This document shows positions 1-9,482 of a DNA stretch of 64,000 nt, piece by piece. The translations under genes and the position numbers were made by a program. The notes under the pieces were generated by a model that made no database searches, was not told the origin of the DNA, and saw only the letters and a list, made by a program, of their open reading frames with translations. Origin of the DNA: a virus (Duplodnaviria > Caudoviricetes); the IMG/VR virus record IMGVR_UViG_3300031998_000052, positions 1 to 64,000 of that record, one strand, 5' to 3'. Positions within the stretch are counted from its first letter, which is position 1. The number at the start of each line of letters is the position of its first letter.

Positions 1-170
1 CGGTATGGACCATTACCCCCGGGCCGCTTTCATCCGAAAGAAACGAGTTAATACCAGGCACAAACCCATCCAGGTAAAAGCCCCGAGGGACCCGTTTCCC
101 CATATTATGAGCCTAACCAAGACGGCGTTGACGGTTGCAACCCCCGCTTTATTGCCCAGGGAACCTCTTG

Positions 171-242
171 TAGCCGGTGAAGGAATCGAACCCCCGCCTC
201 CGGGTTAACACCCCGGCGCACTAACCACTGTGCCAACCGGCT
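171..242 (-). tRNA. tRNA-Asn (anticodon GTT)
   Basis: The minus strand folds as a cloverleaf: acceptor AGCCGGT/ACCGGCT, D stem GCAC/GTGC, anticodon stem CCGGG/CCCGG with loop GTGTTAA, T arm GGGGG-TTCGATT-CCTTC. No encoded CCA; atypical G32. Confidence 0.8.
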
Positions 243-249
243 ATCCAGC

Positions 250-564
250 CTAAATGCTCGCGAACAGGGCGGCGTAGTGCTGGGCGCACTCCTCCTTGCT
301 CGTGAAAGCGGCGTTCTCGGTCAGAGTGATGCCGTTCTTGAGGGTGTAGAGGATGACGAAGGAATCGAGAACGTCCTTACCCTGCTCGTTGGCATGAATA
401 CTGGTGGCGGTCACGCGGACCCCCTGGACGGTATTCGACTCAATCTTCTGGGAGGCGTCATTGAAGTAGAACACCTCGTCGCAAATGTTGTACTTGATCT
501 CAATCATGATGTTATTTGTATTAAGGTTTGAATTCGGTTGTTTCATCTTCAAATACCATGCCAA
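250..564 (-). CDS. hypothetical phage protein
   Basis: Part of the tightly packed leftward operon; no recognised motif; true start may be the internal Met. Confidence 0.6.
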   Translation of the reverse strand: MAWYLKMKQPNSNLNTNNIMIEIKYNICDEVFYFNDASQKIESNTVQGVRVTATSIHANEQGKDVLDSFVILYTLKNGITLTENAAFTSKEECAQHYAALFASI

Positions 565-566
565 AC

Positions 567-896
567 TTATCGGTTGTCACCGGAACCCGACAACTTTCCG
601 CGTTCCTGGCGGCTCTTGAGTTTCGCATAGTTCATCTTGGCGATAGTGTCCAGGTCGTAGCCGAGGTCGTGGGCCAGGGTGGCGCAGTACCAGAGAACGT
701 CACCAATCTCCATAGCCACAGCCTGACGCTTCTCATCCGTCAGCACTCCGCCGTCATCACCACGGAGAACCTTCTTGATCTTGTCCGCTGTCTCACCGGC
801 CTCTCCGGCCAATCCAAGAGCGGGATACACGACTTTGTACTTCTCGGGATAAACCGCAGTCTCCAGGGCGTGCTCCTGATACTCATTCAGTGTCAT
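567..896 (-). CDS. MazG-like nucleotide pyrophosphohydrolase
   Basis: MTLNEYQ...LGLAGEAGETADKIKK...EIGDVLWY..LA..LG.DL is the all-alpha NTP-PPase (MazG) signature. Confidence 0.85.
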   Translation of the reverse strand: MTLNEYQEHALETAVYPEKYKVVYPALGLAGEAGETADKIKKVLRGDDGGVLTDEKRQAVAMEIGDVLWYCATLAHDLGYDLDTIAKMNYAKLKSRQERGKLSGSGDNR

Positions 897-1458
897 TCTG
901 TTACGTATTTTTCAAAGTTAATGTCTTTCCTTCCTGCTGGTACATCTCCGGTCTTCCGGCTCAACTCCTGGCGCAAAATGAACAACCTGTCCATAATCCT
1001 GGATATCTCCTTCTTTAACTGCTCAGGATTCATCCGGTGCGGCTCGTCGGTCTGCTTCTCTGGGCCCTTCAATACCCTAACAACAGCCACCAGCATCAGT
1101 TCATTCTCAATTTCCTCATCGGTCCAGCGCCAACCACCGCGCTGCTTCTCATGGAGCATGCGCTGCAAGGTCTTTTCATCACGGCCAAGAATTCTCAGTA
1201 TGTCATCAGCACTTCTCTGCGCTAATTCCTCAGGTGTCATATCTTTGCGGTAATCTGGAAGCCTCCGCCAGGAATACTTCGCACCTCAACCTTCGCCTGC
1301 GGCAGGTCGATGCACTCCTTCCAGACCTCGTTCCACATTCGATCCTTCAACTCCTCAAGGACTGCCTCAGTCACTGCCGACACCTCGTCAACACTGCTGG
1401 CTGTTTTTGTTACTTCCATCATCGGTCGCAAATATACTAATAATTTCTCATTTTCCAA
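893..1458 (-). other. two small hypothetical CDS (893-1240, 1237-1458)
   Basis: Overlapping stop/start codons in the leftward operon; no motifs. Confidence 0.6.
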
Positions 1459-1986
1459 TCCATTCCGTCTTACCCATCACGACCAAAGTTCCCTCCAGTC
1501 CAGAATTCCTAAGGGCTTCGACATTTTGGTACCCGTAGGCCACAAGGGCAGAATCGCACCCGGCGCTTCCTCCCGGGGCCCCATCAGGAAGGCAGAATCG
1601 CACCCGGCGCTTCCTCCCGGGGCCCCATCAGGAAGGCAGAATCGCACCCGGCGCCGGAGAAATAGGATGGCGTCTGCCTTCGGCAGCACGCTCTCCTGCC
1701 ACACCTTGTTACCAGTCCTGGCGAAGATCAGGAGAATCCCGTTCCCATACTCAGCCATCTTCGCGCAGAACTGGCCGAGGAGAGGCTGGCTGTAAGGCGG
1801 ATTGCACCACACGCGCCCGAACCACTCCCGGGAGAGGCCGTCCTGCTCCTTTGTAAAGAAGGTCTCCGCCTTCGCATTACACTCGCAGGCGCAAGGATCC
1901 AGGTCGAACTTACCCAGGGCGTTCACTATCTCCCACGGGGTTCCCCACTCGTCGGTACCCACTGTCTTCTGAAAACTTGTGTCCAT
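1448..1986 (-). pseudogene. phage DNA N6-adenine methyltransferase (Dam-like small phage family), frameshifted near the C-terminus
   Basis: DEW.TP, FDLDPCA and VWCNPPYS (motif IV NPPY) are present. An extra 44-bp unit shifts the frame. Removing one unit restores ...SAGCDSALVAYGYQNVEALRNSGLEGTLVVMGKTEWIGK-stop at 1448 (164 aa). Confidence 0.8.
1547..1654. repeat. 44-bp tandem repeat, about 2.5 copies, inside the methyltransferase
   Basis: GGCAGAATCGCACCCGGCGCTTCCTCCCGGGGCCCCATCAGGAA starts at 1547 and 1591; a partial 20-bp copy starts at 1635. Confidence 0.95.
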
Positions 1987-1989
1987 TGT

Positions 1990-2613
1990 CTATATTTCTT
2001 CAAAAGGTATTCCGTTTATACTTATCTTGCACTTCAAGGTATTCGCGTCCTTAATCAAGAGCGCCCTGGTATTATCCTCATTGGTGATCATTACAGGAAG
2101 ATGCTTCTCCTTAGCCTCACGAAGCATCGCGACAATCTCAAAAGGTACAAATTCAATGTCAACGCGGGGTTCTTCCGGAGGGACGAACTTCACAGGGTTG
2201 CCATCCATGTCAAACAGCCCAATTTTCTCGTTTTCGCACATTTTTTGCAATTTTAGCACACTTTCAGGCAAAAATCGTACCAAAATCGGCTATTTTCGCT
2301 CAAATTCGGAGATTTTAGGACGGATCCAGCAAATCTTCGCATTGCACACACCCCTATCGTCCGGCTCTTCCCAATCGTACCCGATTTCATGAGTATCAGG
2401 CGTGATTTCCGCACCATCAAGGTCTTTCATGTGAATATCCTGGACCGCCTGCCATATCAGCTTCTCCGCCTCGGCGCGTTTCATTCTCGCCCAGGCGTCA
2501 AGACGCTTCTGTTCATCGGTCATCTCAGGAATCAGCGCCTTCAAATTCTCTATGTTTACATCGCACGTGATAGACGCTACGATATCACGGTTCCGTCTCA
2601 ACTCAAAATTCAT
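1990..2613 (-). other. two hypothetical CDS (1990-2283, 2290-2613)
   Basis: Co-oriented, closely spaced ORFs; no motifs. Confidence 0.6.
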
Positions 2614-3317
2614 TCCCAGTACATCCTATTGTCATCAAGCCACTTCCGCTGGTTCTCCTGCACACTGTGTGTCTTACCCCAACTCGCACTCCCGAAGTGA
2701 ACCATATAATCATCAATATACACCTCCTTGCCGGGCAGACCGGCGCCCTGGCACGCCCTAAGCACCCAAGCTCCGGTATCGTCATAGGCCCCAGGCCCAG
2801 GCATCAGCTTCCACGTGTGCCTCTCATTGAAGTACCGGATTCCACACTCCCTCAGCATCGGGACGTTGATCCAGCAGAGGAAGGGCCACACCCTCTCCTT
2901 GTACCCGTATGGCGTCTTGTACACCCGGCGCCACCCGGACCAGGCAAACCTCGTGTCGGCCATCCAGGTATAGTCCTGCTTGAGCAGGATATCAGAGTCC
3001 ATCAGGATGAATCCGTCCGGGAACAGGTCGAAGCAGTAGTCAATCGTCTTGCTGTGCTTCGCGCTCCCCCAGTCGTTCTTCCGCTCCGTGTCACCGAACC
3101 TCTCCGGAAACCCGGCAAGGAATCTCTTGAAGTCAATCAACTGACCCTTCGTGTTGTCTATAATCCGGACACCATTCATAGGAGGAAAGGGCCTCTTGTC
3201 CGAATTGTCGAACACGTTGATGCGCACCTCCTTCCGGCCAAACTTCCGGATGCTCTTCACCAGAGCCTGCGTCAACTCCGGTGTGTTGAAATGAACTATA
3301 AGTACATCCAATACCAT
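2610..3317 (-). CDS. glycosyltransferase, GT-A fold (GT2-like)
   Basis: N-terminal VLIVHFNT..LT..L..SI, VFDNS, and FILMDSD (DxD motif). Confidence 0.7.
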   Translation of the reverse strand: MVLDVLIVHFNTPELTQALVKSIRKFGRKEVRINVFDNSDKRPFPPMNGVRIIDNTKGQLIDFKRFLAGFPERFGDTERKNDWGSAKHSKTIDYCFDLFPDGFILMDSDILLKQDYTWMADTRFAWSGWRRVYKTPYGYKERVWPFLCWINVPMLRECGIRYFNERHTWKLMPGPGAYDDTGAWVLRACQGAGLPGKEVYIDDYMVHFGSASWGKTHSVQENQRKWLDDNRMYWE

Positions 3318-3751
3318 TTTCCGCTCCTCCCATTATGTCTCTGTAACGCCGCCCGGATGGCCTGCGGGGCAAGACCCGTTGCCGCTGCCGCCTCCTTCAC
3401 GCTCCCCCACCTGTTCACCATGGTCCCGTCCGACTCGAACTGGCCGAAGAGGAACGCCCTGGGCTTCGGACCGGCCCTCCTGTCCGGCTCCTTCTCCTCG
3501 GACCACTCCAGGTTATCGGCCACATTGTTCTCCGGGTTGCCGTCCTTATGCACCACGAAGGGCCTCCCTTCCGGGTTCGGTACGAAGGCTCTCGCCACCA
3601 GGTAGGCCACGTACCTCCGTTCCCCGTGCAGGGACACCCAGACACCCCGGACCGGGGTGAGGGCCATGCCGTTACTGAGCACAGACCCGTCCTCACGGAC
3701 CGAGTACCTGTCATCCAGGCGCTTTTCCCTGATGCGCTCAAGCCCCAACAT
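3296..3751 (-). CDS. HNH homing-type endonuclease with NUMOD1-like DNA-binding C-terminus
   Basis: LVARAFVPNPEGRPFVVHKDGNPENNVADNLEW (HNH core) followed by GSVKEAAAATG. Confidence 0.85.
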   Translation of the reverse strand: MLGLERIREKRLDDRYSVREDGSVLSNGMALTPVRGVWVSLHGERRYVAYLVARAFVPNPEGRPFVVHKDGNPENNVADNLEWSEEKEPDRRAGPKPRAFLFGQFESDGTMVNRWGSVKEAAAATGLAPQAIRAALQRHNGRSGKWYWMYL

Positions 3752-3906
3752 GGCTCACCAGCATCGGCAGGTTATCCCAGTCCTCTACGATATATTGCCC
3801 TCCTACCCGGAGAGCAATCATACTCTGTGTCAGAGCATCCACGATGGCCTTCTGTCCGTCATACGTCAGGACCTGGCCCAGATGAAACTTACTCTTGTCC
3901 ATATAC

Positions 3907-4491
3907 TTACAGTTTGATAATTCCCAGTTTCACGAGTTCCCAGAAGCACTTCCTGGTGGCGATGATGTCGGCGAAGGCGTCATGCGCATCCTCGAAGTCG
4001 CATCCGAAGAGCTTGTTGTGCAGCTCGATGAGCTTCGGCCACTTGTACCCGCGTGCGGATGGAATAGCGCAAAAATCGACGCTACTCTTCATAGTGTCGA
4101 TAGTCCTCATGCCGTCGATATAGTCCTTTCCCCACTGCCGCACCAGTTCGGATCCTACCACGTGGGTATCGTAATCGACGTTATGTCCGACCAGGACGTC
4201 AGCCAGCCGGGCAGCTCCGAGGAAGTAGTACACTGCCTGCTTGCACCCCACGCCCACCTTGATTGCCTCCTCGGTTGTGATGCCATGCACGTTGGACGCT
4301 GCCTCCGGGATGACGAACCCCTCCGGCCTGACGATGATGTTGGCCTTGCTGAGCACTCCCTTCCGGTCATCTTCCAGTATCCATCCGAGTTGCACGAGCC
4401 GTGCCGCTCCCCAGTTTTCCAGGTCGGTAGTAGGCGCCGAGTAGTTCCTCGGAAGCCCGGTAGTCTCTGTGTCGAAGAAAAGGTATGTCAT
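3907..4491 (-). CDS. DEDDh 3'-5' exonuclease (DNA Pol III epsilon-like)
   Basis: LFFDTETTG (Exo I), GHNVDYD (Exo II), HDAFADI (Exo III). Confidence 0.9.
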   Translation of the reverse strand: MTYLFFDTETTGLPRNYSAPTTDLENWGAARLVQLGWILEDDRKGVLSKANIIVRPEGFVIPEAASNVHGITTEEAIKVGVGCKQAVYYFLGAARLADVLVGHNVDYDTHVVGSELVRQWGKDYIDGMRTIDTMKSSVDFCAIPSARGYKWPKLIELHNKLFGCDFEDAHDAFADIIATRKCFWELVKLGIIKL

Positions 4492-4504
4492 AATTCACTC
4501 AAAT

Positions 4505-4846
4505 TTATTGGGTGTCCCTCCCAGCAAATTCCGTGCCAGAGTTGAAGTACCAGGAGGCGGTAATGTCCTTCACCTGGTCCACGTCCTTCCGGGCGATTTT
4601 CCTGAGGGACTGGCCGACCGTCACGAATCGCCGGTTGCTGGAGTCCATGACAGCGGCCACCCACTCCTCTTGTTTCTTCACCTTGATCACGTACACGCGT
4701 TGCGCATACCTGAGCGGGATATTATTGACGGGACGGACATCGCGGATAGCCCTTGATACAGTGCCGACCGTGACGCCCAGGAAGGCAGCAGCCTCCTCAA
4801 GATTTTCAAAGACGTGGCCCGGAGCCACAATTACCTGTTTTGCCAT
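4505..4846 (-). CDS. small DNA-binding protein with N-terminal helix-turn-helix
   Basis: FENLEEAAAFLGVTVGTVSRAI. The start was moved to the ATG at 4846 because the longer ORF-track start lies inside the promoter. Confidence 0.55.
   Translation of the reverse strand: MAKQVIVAPGHVFENLEEAAAFLGVTVGTVSRAIRDVRPVNNIPLRYAQRVYVIKVKKQEEWVAAVMDSSNRRFVTVGQSLRKIARKDVDQVKDITASWYFNSGTEFAGRDTQ
4524..4538 (-). promoter_or_regulatory. sigma54-type -24/-12 motif upstream of the exonuclease
   Basis: TGGCACG-GAAT-TTGC on the minus strand, 33 nt from the -12 C to the ATG at 4491. Confidence 0.6.
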
Positions 4847-4873
4847 GCGCCTAATTTTGCGTTTTCCCGCCTG

Positions 4874-4904
4874 CAAATTTAGGGCCAAAAATGGACGAAT
4901 CAAA
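4874..4904 (-). promoter_or_regulatory. Bacteroidetes housekeeping promoter driving the left operon
   Basis: TTTG-N19-TAAATTTG on the minus strand matches the -33/-7 consensus (TTTG-N19-21-TAnnTTTG). Confidence 0.65.
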
Positions 4905-5245
4905 GCGAATCCGGCTCAGAATGTGCCGAAAATGGCACGAAAATGTAGAAAAGTTTCCTATTCGGTATAAGACTACATCGCGTAAAGTGCTGATAATCAA
5001 TGGTCGAAAAGGCCCGATGAAAAAATGTAAAAAATTTCCCTATATATACCCCAGAATTCATACAGTCACCCCCTCTCCAGATAAGCACTACTTTTCTAAC
5101 TTGTATAAAACTACATTTCTTCATCAAGTAAGGCAAGTGATTGATAAATAAGTATGTAAAGGTCGGGTGGGGTGATGTAGTTTCATACAACCCAAGAATA
5201 TTGATTCATCGTGCCGATTTTGGCATGGCAAGGGGGCATTGTAAT

Positions 5246-5260
5246 GCAAAAAGCGTGCCA
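5246..5260 (-). promoter_or_regulatory. sigma54-type -24/-12 motif in the divergent control region
   Basis: TGGCACG-CTTT-TTGCA on the minus strand. Confidence 0.55.
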
Positions 5261-5449
5261 GGCTCAGAAAAAAATAAAAAAAATATTTTTTACTCCCATG
5301 TGGCGTCGCCCCTTGTTTGCCTCAAAACCCCCGTAACCCTTTGTAAATCAATGAGATACGCACTTGAAACGGTCGTAATGCTTTTTTACATTTTTCGTAA
5401 CTCATTGAGTATCAATTAGTTGCGAGTTCTTAAAATTTTTTAAGAAGTG

Positions 5450-5503
5450 CTGCCATTTTGTCAGTTTCCTGCCAGATTGTCAGGTTCCTGCCATTTTGTC
5501 AGT
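5450..5503. repeat. three imperfect 19-bp tandem repeats
   Basis: CTGCCATTTTGTCAGTTTC / CTGCCAGATTGTCAGGTTC / CTGCCATTTTGTCAGT start at 5450, 5469 and 5488. Confidence 0.85.
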
Positions 5504-5584
5504 CCACGCCAAAAATGCCGTGCCAAACTTGTAACTACTTGTATATCAATAAGTTACAACTTTTTTCCCTAATTGTGCCGTTTT

Positions 5585-5600
5585 TGGCACGGGTTGTGCA
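5585..5600 (+). promoter_or_regulatory. near-consensus sigma54-type motif upstream of the first rightward gene
   Basis: TGGCACG-GGTT-GTGCA (one mismatch in TTGC). Confidence 0.4.
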
Positions 5601-5677
5601 ATAGTATAGGCAAACACGGAAAACACAACACGACAACACAACACAACATTTATAAACATTTTTAATAATTCTACATT

Positions 5678-6082
5678 ATGAAACACACTATTTACAATGG
5701 AATTGAAAACCTGACTAAAAAGGAAATCAACAACGGCCGTGCAACTGAAAAACGCAACGTTCGTGCAACTCTTGCGGATTATGTTTTAAGCATTGAAAGT
5801 GCCTATAAACAACTGACTGCAACGGGTTCAACTGCAAGAAATGCGGCAAATGCTTGCAAGGGTACATATAAAACTGCACTTGCTGTGGTCGTAAATTGTT
5901 ACCCGTACCAAACTGCAATGGGTGAACTCTGCACCAAAACGAAAGACGGGTATAAAATCAAGAATTTGAAAGGAACTGCAACGGCTTACAACGTTGTAAA
6001 AACGGCCGTCTGCAACTTTATTGACTACAAGACAGGCCGTAAAACGGAACTTGTTACAATAGTTGAACCCGTAACGGAATAA
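5678..6082 (+). CDS. hypothetical protein, first gene of the rightward arm
   Basis: 134-aa Thr/Ala/Lys-rich ORF preceded by an A/C-rich leader. Confidence 0.65.
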   Translation: MKHTIYNGIENLTKKEINNGRATEKRNVRATLADYVLSIESAYKQLTATGSTARNAANACKGTYKTALAVVVNCYPYQTAMGELCTKTKDGYKIKNLKGTATAYNVVKTAVCNFIDYKTGRKTELVTIVEPVTE

Positions 6083-8054
6083 ACCCGTAAAACATAACCC
6101 GTGCACGGGTGAAACTTTGCACGGGTTCAAATTCTGCACTTTTTGGGACTGCAAGAATTTTCGAAAGGGACTGCACACACGTGCACGAACAAGACAAAAC
6201 CTATTGCACGACTAAACAAGAGGCACCCCGTTAGTGCTGCGATGGGGTTATAGGTAAGCAGTACAGCCCGACTCAGGAAACGCATGGGATAAGTACACCC
6301 AGACGGGGACTGGCGACGGAACGAGAGGAACGGCCGAACGGCCCGATCTCGACTGACTGAACCACGAACGGGATGAGTGGAAAAAGACTTGCAAAGTAGC
6401 ATGGGAGAGGGCGCACAAAGCCACGGGAGGACAACGTGGATAAAGTGCCAATGAATTAGTGTAGGCATCCAGGAGCGGTGTGGCCCGAAACGAGAGACGA
6501 AGGGCGAATGACGCGATGACGGGAGTGAGTCCGAACTAATGATAGAAAAAGTCTGACCGCGAGCGATCGACGGGGTTCAATATCGATGCAAAAACAGATG
6601 GGAGCGGAGCAACGAGGAAACAAGGGTAGAGCGTGGGCCGAATGGGAACAGTTGGAATTGGAAAGAGTCCAACGATGTAGGCAGAACCACACGAATTGTT
6701 TCAGTTTGTTCCGCTTTAATGTTACCGCCCACGGTGGGCGAGTGTCCAAAGTCACTAATAAACAACGGCCGAAGGAGGGCCGAACAAAATGAAAACTATT
6801 TTTGTGGAGCATTCTGTGAACGGGGTGAGTGTGAGCAACACGCCCGTATATGAGAATTATTTTTCAACGATGGCCGAATACCTGGGCAACCACTGCGACC
6901 GGTATAAGGACATCCAGACCGACAGCAGGAACTATCTGAGTTGGTACGACTCCGAACGGGACGAGTGCCATGAGGTATTATATTCAGGGAGGGCAAAACG
7001 ATGAAGTACCGACTGAACGTGATGGCAGCATTTGCCGTTAACATTGAGATTGAGGCGAACAGCCGCAAAGAGGTGTTTGCCGAGTATGACCGACTGCGCG
7101 AACGGGGCGAATTGCCCTGGCGGTTCGTGGACACTATGGACGTCAACTGTGACGAGATAACAAATAATAACAACCTTTAAGCCGGGGACGGGGGTTTAAT
7201 ACCGAACAACGAGAACAATGCGTTATTGGACTATTCATCTTCTGAACGCCGAGGGCGGCAACGAGTACGCCAATGTGGTCGCTGAGAACATCATGGCTGC
7301 TATCGCCTGGGCCAAGAGCCAGTACAAGGTGGGCGATGATGCCATCATCTACGTGAACAGTGAGCCGGTTGCGGTGATCAAGTAGGTGCCACGGGTGTGG
7401 CTGGGTGATACCGGCCACATCTGCAAAGAAACGATTGAGGCGAATGGACAACAATTAAAACAACCAATCGTATGAGCAAAAATGCTGAGAAGGCGATTGT
7501 GGCTCTGTTGATACTGAGCACGATTGCGAACGGAGTGACCGCCGTTGAACTGGTCAGGATGGCCCGTAACGGGTTCGATGTTGAACTGACTGAGGTAGAG
7601 GCCGAGAAACTGATTGAGGCGCAGGAGCAGGCCGTGGAGGATATGAGCGATGAAGATTAAAGAGTATTTGCGTAATCTTAAGAGTGGGGAGGTCGTGAAC
7701 AAGCGCGGCCTCTCTTACTTAAAACGTATCGGGATGATATGGGATTACAGCCAGTGGGGTTATCTGGAGAGCCTGCACATTTTCGGAAAGCACCGGGATG
7801 GTGAGCCTTTCCGGGACGAGTTTTGGCTTGAGGTAAGCCCGAACCGGGCCTGCAAGGATGCGGAGAAGTTGGACGGGGCGATGTATGGCAAGTGGCGCCA
7901 GTGCGGGAGCGCTCGGTGTGAGCAGACGATGGACGAGATGCTGGAGCAGTATGGCCCGCAGGGGCACATAGAGTTGGACGGGATGGTGTTTCGTCCGAAG
8001 TATTTCGACGGCTGTTTCAAGCCGTATTTGGTAAGAGCATAAACTGAAAGGAAT

Positions 8055-9008
8055 ATGGAACAGACATTTAACAAAATCAGCGATACAAAGAGCGGGTATA
8101 AGCGCAACGGTGGTATCGTGTACAAAGAGACAAAGGTGAGAGGGCGAAAGAAAGTAGAGGTGAGCGTCCGGCTTAATGACGAGTGCGGGAATAGAGTTTG
8201 CGACTTCTCCATTACTGGAATGATATGGGAGAAGGCGAAAAATGGCGTGTGGATTGAGGCTGGTGGCGGTTGTTGCCATGACCAGATCCTCAGGTGGTGG
8301 CCGGAGTTTCGGGACTTCGTGGACCTTCACTTGTCGAACCTCTACGGCCAGCCGATGTATCCGACCAAGAACGGCCCTTACATCATCAGGGAGAAAGGAA
8401 TCAATGAGGGCGCAAAGTATCTACGAATCACAACCGCCCTCGCGCGGCAACTTGACACATTCGAGGATGACGAGGATTACTTCGCCTATCAGCTGTACGC
8501 CCTGGGCATCATTGAGCAGTGGGAGCGAGAGGCAAAGGCGGCGATTGCTCACCTTGAGGCCCTGACCGGGTTTGAGTTTGTAAACCCGTACAAGCCGGAG
8601 GAGGAGCGGTTCGTCTTGAGACTATCTGACGAGAAGGTGGCGAAGGTAAAGGCCGACATCGAGAAGGGTTTATACACGCCAAAGGCAATCATGGAGCGGA
8701 TTGAGGCGAAGAGGAAGGCGGTGATGGAGAAGGAGCGGAAGGCTATCGAGGACAGATTCGACGAGACAATCAAGAAAGCCAAGGTGAAGAAGGAAATTTT
8801 CCTCTACCTGTTCGACACGCTCGGAACCACCGATAACATCATCTACTACGACCACACGAATACGGTAGTATTCAACTGGAGCGATCCGCAATTTTCAACG
8901 TACAAGAAGAAATGGACGCAGGAGGAGTTCGTTGACTTCGTGAATAGTGTCGATATGAAGCACTTCCCCAGGGACTGTAAGTTTGAAATCAAAAACATCT
9001 ACAAATGA
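8055..9008 (+). CDS. hypothetical protein, 317 aa
   Basis: Long ORF with phage-like codon use; no function recognised. Confidence 0.7.
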   Translation: MEQTFNKISDTKSGYKRNGGIVYKETKVRGRKKVEVSVRLNDECGNRVCDFSITGMIWEKAKNGVWIEAGGGCCHDQILRWWPEFRDFVDLHLSNLYGQPMYPTKNGPYIIREKGINEGAKYLRITTALARQLDTFEDDEDYFAYQLYALGIIEQWEREAKAAIAHLEALTGFEFVNPYKPEEERFVLRLSDEKVAKVKADIEKGLYTPKAIMERIEAKRKAVMEKERKAIEDRFDETIKKAKVKKEIFLYLFDTLGTTDNIIYYDHTNTVVFNWSDPQFSTYKKKWTQEEFVDFVNSVDMKHFPRDCKFEIKNIYK

Positions 9009-9287
9009 AAACCATCAACAAATCCGAATTACAGGCGATGCTCGGAACTTTTGTCCGGGCAACTCGCGACAGCAGCCGTTCCACCATCCTTGTCTATGAG
9101 AACGGAACGCAACTCCAATCGTACAACACCGTGGTAGAGGCCAGGTGTAAAGGAACTCTGTACCTATACCCGGAGCATGAGTATTCCAAAACAACCTGCA
9201 AGCACGTCACTCAGTGGTGCGGATATTCCACCGCTGAGCGAAGGAGTATGCTTGATAAGGAGCAGGCGGTCTTTGTTGAGAAATAAC

Positions 9288-9482
9288 ATGGAGCGCGTAA
9301 TAGAACAGTTGAGGGCACGTCGGCAGGAGGCCGGTGTTTCCATCGGAGAACTGGCCCGCAGGATGGGCACACCGAGGGAGCGCATCAGTGAGATTGAGAA
9401 TGGTAGGGGCGGATTGACCTTGAAGAGAATGTATCAGTATGCTGAGGCGCTGGGATTAAAAGTAACGATTAACTTTGAGTAA
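9288..9482 (+). CDS. XRE-family (Cro/CI-type) helix-turn-helix regulator
   Basis: LRARRQEAGVSIGELARRMGTPRERISEIENG; start moved to the ATG at 9288. Confidence 0.85.
   Translation: MERVIEQLRARRQEAGVSIGELARRMGTPRERISEIENGRGGLTLKRMYQYAEALGLKVTINFE

Noticed and set aside
1-170. Possible second tRNA next to tRNA-Asn
   Set aside because: I could not build a cloverleaf with a T-loop. A tRNA truncated by the window edge cannot be excluded.
1547-1654. Possible CRISPR array (also the 19-bp repeats at 5450-5503)
   Set aside because: The repeats are directly tandem with no unique spacers, and no cas genes are present.
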